From an uncultured virus (IMG/VR IMGVR_UViG_3300022753_002012) (Duplodnaviria; Heunggongvirae; Uroviricota; Caudoviricetes): a DNA stretch of 64,000 nucleotides. A program made the position numbers and the translations under genes. Below the pieces are notes generated by a model. That model ran no database searches, was not told the origin of the DNA, and saw nothing but the letters and a program-made list of their open reading frames with translations. Every line of letters begins with the position of its first letter. Positions within the stretch are counted from its first letter, which is position 1. The stretch lies in the IMG/VR virus record IMGVR_UViG_3300022753_002012; one strand, written 5' to 3'. Positions 1-9,938 of this stretch are shown here, piece by piece.

Positions 1-53
1 TGTTTGATAATTCTCCACGGTGAACCGTGGATATCACCAGTTAGATAGATCAT
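1..53 (-). CDS. Metallophosphoesterase (calcineurin-like), N-terminus only; runs off window
   Basis: Manual translation MIYLTGDIHGSPWRIIK contains the GDxHG motif; GGAGGT RBS upstream. Confidence 0.6.
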   Translation of the reverse strand, partial: MIYLTGDIHGSPWRIIK

Positions 54-231
54 TTGGAACACCTCCTTATTTAATAAATTATATCATTTCTAACTTGTAA
101 AAGGTTGGGATTGATGAAAACGTAATCGGTTTTGGTGAAAATATAGTCGCAAGCTCAAAAGAGACTTAAAGCACAATTGAAGGACTTATAATGCGTTTGA
201 TTGTGCTGGGGGGCGGCTTGGGATATAATCA

Positions 232-597
232 TTATGATCTCGGCTTGAGATATGTATTTTCGTGCAACAGTTTCTTCAAGTGTCGCGCATTATCTAAAAG
301 AATTCGTCTTTCATATGCGGAGCAATTTTGGAAAATCTCTAACACCTCCTTGTCTGCAAAAGTTCCTGTGGTTCTGCATTTTAGCAGGTTTTCTCCTATC
401 AGCTCGTCCGCCGTAACAGAGAGTGCGTTCGCCAGAGCGACAAAAGTATCAAGATTGGGGCAAGTCAAACCTGTTTCGATATAACTAACGGTTTGAGGTG
501 AGACATCCGCTACCTCCGCTAGCGCGCTTTGCGAGAGACCTTTTGAGATGCGTACTTTTTTAATACGCTTTCCGATAAGAACATAATTTAGTGGCAT
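232..597 (-). CDS. XRE-family helix-turn-helix regulator
   Basis: IGKRIKKVRISKGLSQSALAEVADVSPQTVSYIETG; start moved to ATG 597 after GGAG RBS. Confidence 0.8.
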   Translation of the reverse strand: MPLNYVLIGKRIKKVRISKGLSQSALAEVADVSPQTVSYIETGLTCPNLDTFVALANALSVTADELIGENLLKCRTTGTFADKEVLEIFQNCSAYERRILLDNARHLKKLLHENTYLKPRS

Positions 598-738
598 ATT
601 CCTATTCTCCTTATAAAAATATTTCACTAAAATTATACCCCTTTAACGAGAATACCGCCACCTCGCTATTCACAATTAGGTGAGTTGGTGATAAAATTTT
701 ATTAAAATATAGCCGAGCGGGTAAGTGAGGTGAGGAGA

Positions 739-1098
739 ATGGACGAAAAAACTGAATTGAAATTGATAGGTGAGCGTATTCGCGCCATTCGCCTAGAAAG
801 AGGTATGACGCAGACAGATCTCGCATTTGCCGCGCATATCGCGCCTTCAAACGTAAGTGATATTGAGCTTGGCAAAACGAAAATGTGGCTTACGACCTTC
901 TGCAAATTGATAGAGGCACTTAAGGTATCCGCTGACACGATTCTTCGTCCCGACGTTCCCGAGGTCAATGGGCTGTATCAGAAGGAGTACGCAGCATTGC
1001 TTGCTGATTGCACTCCCGCGGAAATTGAGACAATCATGAAAATTGCCAAAGAGGTCAAGACCTCACTACAAAGCAAAAAAGACGAATATGATGATTGA
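739..1098 (+). CDS. XRE-family helix-turn-helix regulator, divergent from previous gene
   Basis: IGERIRAIRLERGMTQTDLAFAAHIAPSNVSDIELG; GAGGTGAGGAG RBS. Confidence 0.85.
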   Translation: MDEKTELKLIGERIRAIRLERGMTQTDLAFAAHIAPSNVSDIELGKTKMWLTTFCKLIEALKVSADTILRPDVPEVNGLYQKEYAALLADCTPAEIETIMKIAKEVKTSLQSKKDEYDD

Positions 1099-1130
1099 GT
1101 GGGTTTTATTGTAAGACCCACTCTTTTTTT
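1097..1130 (+). terminator. Intrinsic terminator
   Basis: GAGTGGG...CCCACTC stem followed by T7. Confidence 0.75.
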
Positions 1131-1261
1131 GCGCCTATAACAAAATTTTTTGTGTTTTTATCAACTGCATTTGATGGACTTCAAATGCGGTTGATTTTAT
1201 TTATGGCGAAGTGGCGATATAATTGTTGGGAAGATAAGCAGAAGGAGGTATTGTAAAAACT

Positions 1262-1873
1262 ATGAATGAAAATGAAATCTTCACTCAATTAAGTGCCATT
1301 CAAACACCGGCACAGCTTGCTTTGTCTTACGGAGAAGATTCGGAGAGACAGATGAAAATAGCTGAGCACAAGCTGTGGCTGGAAAGCGTTAGAAAGGAGC
1401 GTCCTAACCCCGCCAAAAAATATAGGATTGGTATCTATATTCGTTTTTTTAATCAAACGAAATATGAGGATTATCTTGACTACCATAAAAAACAGTTTGC
1501 GGATACCATTGCGCTTTGTCCCAACTGGACCCTCGTAGACTTTTATGTGGATGAAGGCGCTAGCCCTCCTAATATGGAAAGAGCTAAGGAGTGGAGCCGT
1601 CTTATCCAGGATGCTTGGGATGACAAAATCGACTTGATTATTACGCAAAAGATCGGAAACGTGTCGAAAAAGCGCCACGAGGTTATTATGTTCTCGCGTA
1701 TGATGGCATCTCTCAAAAAGCCCATAGGCATTTACTTTGTATCCGAAGATATTTTCAACTTAGCTTCGTACTACCAGGAAGATTTAAGGGATACCTTTTT
1801 CGTTCCGCAGGGATGGGAGCAACTTCCCGATGAACCGATAGATATGAGGGGGTTGCCGGAAAGCCATGATTGA
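1262..1873 (+). CDS. Resolvase-like (serine recombinase N-terminal fold) protein lacking catalytic residues
   Basis: Aligns to next gene (PNWTLVDFYVDEG, KIDLIIT, PIGIYFVSEDIF) but YxRVS is replaced by YIRFF and SRFARN by GNVSKK. Confidence 0.7.
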   Translation: MNENEIFTQLSAIQTPAQLALSYGEDSERQMKIAEHKLWLESVRKERPNPAKKYRIGIYIRFFNQTKYEDYLDYHKKQFADTIALCPNWTLVDFYVDEGASPPNMERAKEWSRLIQDAWDDKIDLIITQKIGNVSKKRHEVIMFSRMMASLKKPIGIYFVSEDIFNLASYYQEDLRDTFFVPQGWEQLPDEPIDMRGLPESHD

Positions 1874-3755
1874 TGAAGAAAGACGCGCGAAAAGACGCGA
1901 AGCAAAAGAACGAACACGCAAACGCATGCGTGTAGAGATTGACCGCGACAATTACGAATATACACCTGAAAAGAAGCAGATCGATTACTATGATGACGAA
2001 GTCCCCAAAAGGGTAGCTATTTATGTCCGTGTATCGACTGATGATGTAAGACAAACAACCTCCTTTGAGCTTCAAAAGAAATATTACGAGGATTTTGTTG
2101 ACAAGCATCCCAATTGGACTCTTGTTGAAATCTATGCTGACGAGGGAATAAGTGGTACAAGCCTTGCCCACAGAGATGCCTTTAATCGAATGATAAGCGA
2201 CTGCCGCGCGGGCAAAATTGATATGATTATTACAAAGAGCGTATCGCGTTTTGCGCGTAATGTAATGATTACAATTGGCTTTGTCAGAGAACTCGCCGAG
2301 ATGAAGCATCCTGTAGGCGTGTTTTTTGAGTCGGAGTGTATTTTCTCACTCAATGATGACTCTTCTATGGCGCTTTCGTTCCTTGCAACGATGGCAGAGG
2401 AGGAGTCGCATACCAGAAGCCGTAGTATGGAGACTTCGCTTCGTATGCGCCTTGATAATGGTATACCGTTGACGCCAAAGCTCCTTGGCTATACCCATGA
2501 TATCAACGGAAATCTTGTAATAAATCCCGAAGAAGCGCCAACCGTGAAATTGGTATTTTACATGTACCTTTATGGTTATTCTTCGCAGCAGATTGCGGAT
2601 GCTTTGAATGCGCTTGAGAGGAAGTCATATTTTGGCAACGTGAATTGGACGTCAGGCGGTGTGGTACAAATTCTGCGTAATGAACGTCATTGCGGTGATG
2701 TGCTTACTAGAAAGACATTTACACCCAACTTTAGAGATCATAAGTCCCGCAAGAACTGCGGCGACCGTCCGCAAAGCCGTTACCTCAATCATCACGAGGC
2801 CATTGTCTCCCGAGACGATTTTATTGCCGTGCAGCAGATGATCGACAACGCAAAGTATAAGAACACCTCATTTTTGCCGAAGCTCCATGTTATTGACAAA
2901 GGTATTTTGAAAGGATATGTTGTCGTACATCCAAGATGGGCAGCGTTTAAGAGTGGAGATTATTATAAGGCTTCTCAAAGCGTGTACCCAGAGCTTGCCG
3001 AGCATGACTATGTAATGCCCCATAAGACCGAGGTGAAGGTTGAGGTTGAGGCAGGGGACTTTGATATGCGCGGATTTGAAGTCGCGCGTTCCGAGCTGTT
3101 TGACACGGTATCCACACCAGCCGTTACTTTTGCGGATAGAAGCATCAAATTTAATATGGCGTGCGTAAAAAGGCTTGGAGAAAAGAATTATATCGAATTG
3201 CTTGTAAACCCAATTACGCAAAAATTCGCTATTCGCCCAACAAAGAAGGAAAATCGACACGGGGTGTACTGTTCCAAGCGCATCGGGAAGAGAACTGAAA
3301 CAAAAGATATTCCCACCGCCGCTTTTAGCGATACCATCTTTGAGATCTTTGGATGGAACCGAGACTGCAAATATCGCATTACAGGCTCGTTCCTTGAGCA
3401 GGATGGAGAAGTGGCGTACATCTTTGATACCGCGAACACACAAGCCTATTTTAAGCCGTATGTTCTTCCCGCGAAAGAGGGCGAGGATGGTGCATCCGCA
3501 ATTCAGCCGTTTACCCCTATCGGTAAGCATATCCGTGCCATACCTCAAGATTGGACGAGCAGCTTTGGGAAAGAGTATTATTTACACGAACAGTCACTGG
3601 CAGAGCTTGAGGGACAGAGCGAAAGCGACTGGCAACTCCGTCTCGAAGGGCAGTTGTTTGAGACGGGTAAAAAGCTCAACGTAACAAGTTTTGAAGTGCT
3701 GCGACAATATATAAAACAAGAATTGAGTGATGTGAATATTGTAGGAGGTACCTAA
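1866..3755 (+). CDS. Large serine recombinase with atypical C-terminal domain
   Basis: AIYVRVSTD, DEGISGT, KSVSRFARN, recombinase domain (LLGY...HEAIVSRDDF); no Cys zinc ribbon; extra ~270-aa C-terminus. Confidence 0.9.
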   Translation: MIDEERRAKRREAKERTRKRMRVEIDRDNYEYTPEKKQIDYYDDEVPKRVAIYVRVSTDDVRQTTSFELQKKYYEDFVDKHPNWTLVEIYADEGISGTSLAHRDAFNRMISDCRAGKIDMIITKSVSRFARNVMITIGFVRELAEMKHPVGVFFESECIFSLNDDSSMALSFLATMAEEESHTRSRSMETSLRMRLDNGIPLTPKLLGYTHDINGNLVINPEEAPTVKLVFYMYLYGYSSQQIADALNALERKSYFGNVNWTSGGVVQILRNERHCGDVLTRKTFTPNFRDHKSRKNCGDRPQSRYLNHHEAIVSRDDFIAVQQMIDNAKYKNTSFLPKLHVIDKGILKGYVVVHPRWAAFKSGDYYKASQSVYPELAEHDYVMPHKTEVKVEVEAGDFDMRGFEVARSELFDTVSTPAVTFADRSIKFNMACVKRLGEKNYIELLVNPITQKFAIRPTKKENRHGVYCSKRIGKRTETKDIPTAAFSDTIFEIFGWNRDCKYRITGSFLEQDGEVAYIFDTANTQAYFKPYVLPAKEGEDGASAIQPFTPIGKHIRAIPQDWTSSFGKEYYLHEQSLAELEGQSESDWQLRLEGQLFETGKKLNVTSFEVLRQYIKQELSDVNIVGGT

Positions 3756-4543
3756 TGAGTGAAATTTATGGGAATTCGAGTATATCGGATTTAATGAAAA
3801 GAGTAGAGGACCCAGCACCACCCACGGAGCTGGTGGATGCCGATGCAGACAGTATGGCTCCTGTGTTGGGTAGCAACGATGAAATATTAGAGCTTGGAGA
3901 CGACTTTAATTTTGATGATTTCCAGGTCGTAAGACGGGAGTTTTTCGCACACTTGCACGAACCGTCTATCAGCTTTAATAATTGCAAATTCAGCGTAAAT
4001 TCTGCGTGCTTAACTAAGTTCCCGAGCTTTGAATATGCCCAGGTTCTTGTTAGCAGTGACAAGAAGATTTTGGCGTTGCGTCCTTGTACGGAAGGAGCGA
4101 AGGATTCATTTCCTTGGTGCTATATCTCTAAGGGGAGAAGAAAGCCAAAAGCTATAACTTGCAAACTTTTCTTTGCAAAAATCATTACTTTGATGGAGTG
4201 GAACCCAGATTATCGTTATAAAATCCTCGGCAAATTGGTTCACGCAAACAACGAGTATATGTTGGTGTTTGATCTTACTGCGACAGAGGTTTATCAAAGA
4301 ACATTCCCTGAAGGTCAGAAGCCGAAAACCTCCAGAACTCCCGTGTTCCCGGCAGAGTGGCAGAATCAATTCGGTTTGCCTTATGCCGAGCACCGTCAAT
4401 CCATGCAAATCAATATATTTGATGGGTATGCTATCTTTGCGGTCAAAGAGAACACCACCAGTGATGACGCCAGCACCTCTTCTGTAACCGATACAGGGCT
4501 TTTGCCTGCCAATGTCGGTTATAACGGAGGTGATCAAACATGA
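3755..4543 (+). CDS. Hypothetical protein paralogous to the C-terminal domain of the upstream recombinase
   Basis: DFNFDDFQVVRREFF..PSISF..NSACL..YAQVLV..ALRP..WNPDYRYKILG..VFD vs DFDMRGFEVARSELF..PAVTF..NMACV..YIELLV..AIRP..WNRDCKYRITG..IFD. Confidence 0.8.
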   Translation: MSEIYGNSSISDLMKRVEDPAPPTELVDADADSMAPVLGSNDEILELGDDFNFDDFQVVRREFFAHLHEPSISFNNCKFSVNSACLTKFPSFEYAQVLVSSDKKILALRPCTEGAKDSFPWCYISKGRRKPKAITCKLFFAKIITLMEWNPDYRYKILGKLVHANNEYMLVFDLTATEVYQRTFPEGQKPKTSRTPVFPAEWQNQFGLPYAEHRQSMQINIFDGYAIFAVKENTTSDDASTSSVTDTGLLPANVGYNGGDQT

Positions 4544-4917
4544 GCAACGCACCCATAATCGTTAAGATGGCTGTTGACCTAAAAAGAAGGAAAATACGAA
4601 TACATAAGATGACCATACACCTTTTGGGAGACCCTAAATATATACAGTTGCTTGTTGATCCAGAAGGAATGACGGTAGGTGTTCGTGCGGTCGATAGCAG
4701 CGTTTCAGGCGACCAAGCACACAGGTTGAACCAAACCATAATGGCTTCAGGACATTCGTATGAGATATCGAGCACGCTCTTTATGAGAAAGTTGCGAGAG
4801 GTAGTGCCGGAAATTGAGGAGAATTGCTCCTATCGTTTCACCGGCAGAGTTTTAGAAAAGCAACGTGCTGCCGTCTTTTCGTTAAAGACTATGACGCGGA
4901 TTGAGGGGGATCGGTAA
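4540..4917 (+). CDS. Hypothetical protein, probable third copy of the same domain
   Basis: KYIQLLVDP..VGVRA..CSYRFTG..VFSL; ATGA overlap with upstream gene. Confidence 0.7.
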   Translation: MSNAPIIVKMAVDLKRRKIRIHKMTIHLLGDPKYIQLLVDPEGMTVGVRAVDSSVSGDQAHRLNQTIMASGHSYEISSTLFMRKLREVVPEIEENCSYRFTGRVLEKQRAAVFSLKTMTRIEGDR

Positions 4918-5879
4918 TGGAAGCAAAAAGCGTTAGACAATTAAAAATCAACAAGGAGTTCAAGAACCTCATTCGCCCTTTGCTGCATCGTGAGCTTGTG
5001 CAACTTGAAGCTAATATTCTCGCGGATGGTTGCAGAGATCCCATTATAACGTGGAATGGCTTCATTGTTGACGGACATAACCGCTATGAGATATGTACGC
5101 GACATCAGGTGCCGTTTGCTGTCTTGGAGATGGATTTTTCGTGTAAGGAAGCGGCAATAGCGTGGATCTGCGCTAATCAGCTTGGTAGAAGGAATATAAC
5201 CGATGAAACAAGAAAGTTTCTTATCGGTAGGCAGTACGAATCGGAGAAGATTGTAAATAGTATGTGCAATAGCCAGGGGCATAACCAATATACCGAGCCG
5301 GATGACCTAGTTGAGTATCCGCCTGAGACCCCTTCCTACTCCGCCCGCGCGAGACATAGAACGGCAGCTCGTATTGCTGCGGAGAACCATGTGTCCCCAG
5401 GTACGGTGCAAAAATATGCGCTATTTTCAAAAGCACTGGAAACTATAGGCTCAAAGGAACCAGACCTTGTTTCAAAAATCTTGTCTGGGAGATATAAGAT
5501 TTCACATAATGGCATTATGGAAATGGCAAATATGACGGCGGATGAGTTGAAAAGACTCAATCAAAAGTTTAATCGCAACGCAAGCGCATATTTCCCGTAT
5601 AGCCAGTCGCGGTCTGTTTTGGGAGTCGGAGAAGGTTCAGAAGGTGCAGTGCCCACGATTGGCGGCATCAAGGAGATGCCTGCGTATGACCCCGACTCGG
5701 GCGTTACCGAGCTGAGTTTAACCATCCCGTCGTGGATTGGTAGCATTGATAGAATTCGTAAGAATGTAAACCTTACCAATATTTCACCAGCTACACGCGC
5801 AAAAACAATAGAAGCATTAGAAAAGTTGAGCGACGTCATAGAGGATATGCTGTCGGCAATTGAGGAGGCTACGCCATGA
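4917..5879 (+). CDS. ParB/Srx-like N-terminal domain plus HTH protein
   Basis: GCRDPIITWNGFIVDGHNRY, NQLGRRN, HTH-like TAARIAAENHVSPGTVQKY. Confidence 0.8.
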   Translation: MEAKSVRQLKINKEFKNLIRPLLHRELVQLEANILADGCRDPIITWNGFIVDGHNRYEICTRHQVPFAVLEMDFSCKEAAIAWICANQLGRRNITDETRKFLIGRQYESEKIVNSMCNSQGHNQYTEPDDLVEYPPETPSYSARARHRTAARIAAENHVSPGTVQKYALFSKALETIGSKEPDLVSKILSGRYKISHNGIMEMANMTADELKRLNQKFNRNASAYFPYSQSRSVLGVGEGSEGAVPTIGGIKEMPAYDPDSGVTELSLTIPSWIGSIDRIRKNVNLTNISPATRAKTIEALEKLSDVIEDMLSAIEEATP

Positions 5880-6784
5880 TAGAATATAAAGATTTTGTGC
5901 CGAACGTGCACTTTGAACTGATACCTATCAAGGCGCTTGTATCGAACCAGGACTATCAGCGGTGCCTTTCCGAAGCGCATATTCTTCGTGCAGCCCAGCA
6001 TTTTGACTTATATCAAATAAAGCCCGTCAAGGTCAGCCGCCGTGACGGAATCAACTATGTTTTCGATGGTCAGCATACGATTGAGATCGTGGCAATGGTA
6101 TCAGGGTCTCGGGAGACTCCCGTTTGGTGTATGATTTACGATGACCTCTCCTACGAACACGAAGCAGACATTTTTGCAAATCAGCAGAAATTCGTCAAGG
6201 CGCTTCGCCCGCACGAGGTGTTTAAGGCAAATCTTGAGGCTGACAATGACGACCAACTTGTAATACGTGACCTTGTCGAGTCGTATGGACTCAAGATCGG
6301 CACGGCAACAGGTCCCGGCGTTGTTAGCGCGGTGTCAACCGTTGAAAACATTTACTTTAAGTACGGATATCATGTCTTAAATCGTGTTTTTCGTTTGTGC
6401 ATTGCAACGTGGGAAGGGGATACCAATTCACTCTGCGCCAATATGCTCAATGCCGTATCTAAACTTGTTGTCACTTACCGAGAACAGTTGGATGATGACG
6501 AGTTCAAAGAAAAACTCGGCAGCGTTTCGGTAAAGCAAATTGGACGACAAGCGCGCGAACGTCGAGCAGGTTCTTTAGGTGTTGCTGAGGTTTTAGTCAT
6601 CATTTATAACGGCAAGAAGAAAAACCTCGCAAGCAGACTTGATATAACCAAGTTAAACGCCAAAGATTTCTCTGCGATGTTGGCAGAGGGTGATGACGAT
6701 TATTTGCGTGTAGAGAAAAGCCCTCAAACCACCCTTGGGGTGGATGAAATTTCAATGTTTGATGATGATAAGGAGGAAGAATAA
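5876..6784 (+). CDS. ParB-like domain protein (DUF6551-like)
   Basis: YQR..L...PVKVSRRDGINYVFDGQHT motif. Confidence 0.7.
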   Translation: MIEYKDFVPNVHFELIPIKALVSNQDYQRCLSEAHILRAAQHFDLYQIKPVKVSRRDGINYVFDGQHTIEIVAMVSGSRETPVWCMIYDDLSYEHEADIFANQQKFVKALRPHEVFKANLEADNDDQLVIRDLVESYGLKIGTATGPGVVSAVSTVENIYFKYGYHVLNRVFRLCIATWEGDTNSLCANMLNAVSKLVVTYREQLDDDEFKEKLGSVSVKQIGRQARERRAGSLGVAEVLVIIYNGKKKNLASRLDITKLNAKDFSAMLAEGDDDYLRVEKSPQTTLGVDEISMFDDDKEEE

Positions 6785-6808
6785 GCAGGAGCTTTCGTGT
6801 GTGGGGTG

Positions 6809-6839
6809 GAGGTTGCTATTATATTTTTGGAGCGACCTC
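6809..6839. repeat. 31-bp imperfect palindrome, copy 1 (related to 41716-41746)
   Basis: GAGGTTGCT-13nt-AGCGACCTC. Confidence 0.6.
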
Positions 6840-8418
6840 AAATTGTGATTTCCGTTCCGCTTTGGAATATGAATATCAGCTTTCCGTCATTCATTACCTT
6901 GACGCGGTCTATGGTCAAAAGCCACAGGGTCGTATCGAAGCCGAGGAGCTTGCTTTCGGTGCTTTTGAAGGCGTTGATGAAGTCCATAAAGGCATCGGCT
7001 CTGCCTTGACGAGCCAAGCGCTCTTGTTCCAAGAGGGCAAGCTCTGAGTTGGCTGTTTCATATCGTGCTGTGTAACCGTTATATTTTTCGATGTAGCCTG
7101 TTTGATCCTGGGCGCTTGTGGAGTTGTCTTGTATGAGCTTTCGTATGAGTTGGGAGACAATCTCCATCTCTTCAATAAGGCTTTCGCGCTTGCGGTCAAT
7201 TTCGGTACAATCGGTAAGGTAATCGCATACCATTTTGCAGTTGGCAATAATCTCATCCTTGGAATCAAACAGGGTGTTGAAGGCTTCCACGAACTTCTCT
7301 TTGATAATTTCTTCGGTGAGGTGGGGAGTCGTGCATTTTTCTTTGCCACGCTTGAATTTGTCGTTGCATTGGAGTATGATTTTGCGGTACTTCGGTATGT
7401 TGGAACTCCAAACCTTGGCTCCAAAGAAGGCTCCGCAATCACCGCATATAATTCGTGATGCGAAGATGCCGTTGCCGCTATACTTTCTGCCAAGGGTTCT
7501 GCGCCTTGCGAACTCTTTCTGAACACGCTCCCACTCTTCGGGCGGAATGATAGCCTCGTGGCTGTTTTCAACGTAGTATTGCGGAATCTCACCCTCGTTC
7601 ACTTTTTTCTTTTTGGAAAGGAAATCCACCGTAAAGGTCTTTTGAAGAAGGGCAGCGCCTTTGTATTTTTCGTTGGTCAGCATACTTTCAATGGTGCTGA
7701 CCGACCACGCATCTCTGCCCATCGGTGTGGGGATGCCATCAGCGGTAAGTTCTTGTGCTATCATCCAAGTGGTCTTTCCGTGAATGAAGTCTCTGTAAAT
7801 GCGACGTACAATGACCGCCTGTTCCTCGTTTATCACGATGCTTCCGTCATCGCCTTTGTCGTAGCCGAGAAAGCTGGCAAAGGGAATAAGTACCTTGCCG
7901 TCAGCCGCACTTTTGCGTTTGCTCCAAGTGATGTTCTCGGAGATGCTGCGGCTTTCTTCCTGGGCTAAGGACGACATAATGGTGAGGAGCAACTCTCCCT
8001 TGCTATCAAGCGTCCATATGTTTTCTTTTTCAAAGTAAACCTCAACGCCTTTTTCCTTGAGCTTTCTTATGGTAACCAAGCTGTCGACCGTGTTTCTTGC
8101 GAATCGGCTGACCGACTTTGTAACGATGAGGTCAATCTTTCCTGCAAGGGCGTCCTCAATCATCTCGTTGAAGCCGTCTCGGTGCTTTGTGTTCGTGCCG
8201 CTGATACCTTCATCCGTGTAAACTTTTACGAAATCCCACTCGGGATTTTTGGTGATGTAATTGGTGTAGTAGTCGACCTGCGCCTCGTATGACGTAAACT
8301 GCTCATCGTGGTTGGTGGACACTCGTGCGTATCCGCAGACCTTCTTTTTGTAAACACCCATCATCGGAATGCGTGTCAGCGGATTGATTGTTGCGGGGAT
8401 AACTGTAATTTTAGCCAT
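6838..8418 (-). CDS. Large serine recombinase (integrase)
   Basis: GYARVSTN, KSVSRFARN, recombinase domain, CGDCG zinc ribbon, coiled coil. Confidence 0.95.
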   Translation of the reverse strand: MAKITVIPATINPLTRIPMMGVYKKKVCGYARVSTNHDEQFTSYEAQVDYYTNYITKNPEWDFVKVYTDEGISGTNTKHRDGFNEMIEDALAGKIDLIVTKSVSRFARNTVDSLVTIRKLKEKGVEVYFEKENIWTLDSKGELLLTIMSSLAQEESRSISENITWSKRKSAADGKVLIPFASFLGYDKGDDGSIVINEEQAVIVRRIYRDFIHGKTTWMIAQELTADGIPTPMGRDAWSVSTIESMLTNEKYKGAALLQKTFTVDFLSKKKKVNEGEIPQYYVENSHEAIIPPEEWERVQKEFARRRTLGRKYSGNGIFASRIICGDCGAFFGAKVWSSNIPKYRKIILQCNDKFKRGKEKCTTPHLTEEIIKEKFVEAFNTLFDSKDEIIANCKMVCDYLTDCTEIDRKRESLIEEMEIVSQLIRKLIQDNSTSAQDQTGYIEKYNGYTARYETANSELALLEQERLARQGRADAFMDFINAFKSTESKLLGFDTTLWLLTIDRVKVMNDGKLIFIFQSGTEITI

Positions 8419-9716
8419 TAGATTGCCTCCTTCCGTTTTCTTTTTTCGCTAAAGGCTTTTCTTTTTTCTTCGGTCCAGGATTCGCTGCGTGAACGGTCTT
8501 TCCACCGCGTTACAACCTCTTTTCCGTCCTTGAAGCAGAACACCAAGGTATTATCGCTTTCAGCTCGTACAAGGGAAATTTGGGCGTTGTAGGCGGTCTC
8601 GTCAAAGTTCTCAAGCCCCAACGCCTCGGCTGCTACTTCATAAAGCGTCTCTTCGGGAATCTGCTTTGAAGTGGGGCAGGCGGCTTTTCCTTGCATATTG
8701 TAAGTGGAGCAGATCCAAACGACCCTTGAAGGGGTTACCTTTCTGCGGTAGGATTTTCCGCAGTTCCCGCAGATGATTTTCGCTGTAAAAGGGTATTTGC
8801 GTGAGGCGACGGGGTGAGAGTATTTTTCAGACTTTTTGGCAATCATCTCTTGCACTTGGCAGAACACCGAAGCGGGGATAATTGCCTCATGGCTTTCTTC
8901 CACGTGATACATTGGAAGTTCACCTTGATTTACGCATCGTACCTTTTCTATGTGGTTGTTGGTGTAAAAGCGTTGTAGGAGCAGGTTGCCTGTGTAGGCG
9001 TAATTCTGCAAAACCTTCATAACGCTACTTTTGCACCATTTGCCATTTCGGTAAGAGGGAACACCGCTTGCGTTCAGGTCATTGGCAATGGCATTCATTC
9101 CTTTGCCGCTGATGTAAGCGTCAAAAATACTACGGACGATTTTTGCTTGCTCCTCGATAATAACGTATTTGCCGTTCTCCATCCTGTAGCCGAGCATCGT
9201 GCCGTTCCAGGGGAGTCCCTCTTCAAAGTTCTTTTTGACGCGCCACTTCATATTTTCGCTCATTGAGTAGCTTTCTTCTTGAGCGTAGGACGCGAGGATG
9301 GTAAGCATCAGCTCGCCCTCGGCGCTAATCGTGTGAATATTCTGTTCCTCAAAGAAAACGTCAACGCCGATATCCTTTAGCTCTCGAACCGTCTGCAGTA
9401 GAGTTACGGTGTTTCTTGCAAAGCGGGAGATGCTCTTTGTCATTATCATTGTGACTTCGCCTCTGCGACAAGCCTCGACCAATCGGAGAAAATTCTCACG
9501 GTTGTCTTTGGTCCCCGTTACTGCCTCATCCGCATAAACACCGCAATATAACCATCCCGGTTGTCTTTGGATGTAGCTTGAAAAATAACTGACTTGCTCG
9601 GAGAGCGAATGGAGCATCGCGTCCTTTCCGCTTGAAACACGGCAGTAGGCAGCAACCTTGATTACTTGTTCTCGTTTGGGTTTGTCGTGCTTTACTTGTA
9701 CTACGATTCTATCCAT
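8418..9716 (-). CDS. Large serine recombinase (second)
   Basis: AYCRVSSG, KSISRFARN, CGNCG zinc ribbon. Confidence 0.95.
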   Translation of the reverse strand: MDRIVVQVKHDKPKREQVIKVAAYCRVSSGKDAMLHSLSEQVSYFSSYIQRQPGWLYCGVYADEAVTGTKDNRENFLRLVEACRRGEVTMIMTKSISRFARNTVTLLQTVRELKDIGVDVFFEEQNIHTISAEGELMLTILASYAQEESYSMSENMKWRVKKNFEEGLPWNGTMLGYRMENGKYVIIEEQAKIVRSIFDAYISGKGMNAIANDLNASGVPSYRNGKWCKSSVMKVLQNYAYTGNLLLQRFYTNNHIEKVRCVNQGELPMYHVEESHEAIIPASVFCQVQEMIAKKSEKYSHPVASRKYPFTAKIICGNCGKSYRRKVTPSRVVWICSTYNMQGKAACPTSKQIPEETLYEVAAEALGLENFDETAYNAQISLVRAESDNTLVFCFKDGKEVVTRWKDRSRSESWTEEKRKAFSEKRKRKEAI

Positions 9717-9733
9717 ATATACCTCCTTAATTT

Positions 9734-9777
9734 GTACTCATATATTCGCTCTAAAAGCCCCAGAAGTCAAGTCAATT
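9734..9777 (-). promoter_or_regulatory. Promoter-like motif upstream of recombinases, shared with 35611-35654
   Basis: 31/44 identity to the other copy; TTGACT on minus strand; similar position upstream of an AAGGAGGT RBS. Confidence 0.5.
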
Positions 9778-9938
9778 CAGCGATATATAGTAGACGAATT
9801 TAAGCCGTATTTTTTGGCGATAATTGTATCAATTTCAGCGTACTCTTCGAGGGTAATAAGCCCCTCATCAAGCATCTTTTTGACCATTGCCATAGTGGTT
9901 CTGTAGAGGGTGATTTGCTCAAATAAGGTCTTATCCAT
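9777..9938 (-). CDS. Small SHOCT-like protein of the recombinase cassette
   Basis: YRTTMAMVKKMLDEGLITLEEYAEID; start reset to ATG 9938. Confidence 0.7.
   Translation of the reverse strand: MDKTLFEQITLYRTTMAMVKKMLDEGLITLEEYAEIDTIIAKKYGLNSSTIYR

Larger units (their letters stand above)
232..6784. mobile_element. Putative integrative-element module (two XRE regulators plus recombinase/ParB operon); boundaries unknown
   Basis: Serine recombinase and ParB-like gene content; overlapping stop/start codons through six genes. Confidence 0.45.
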
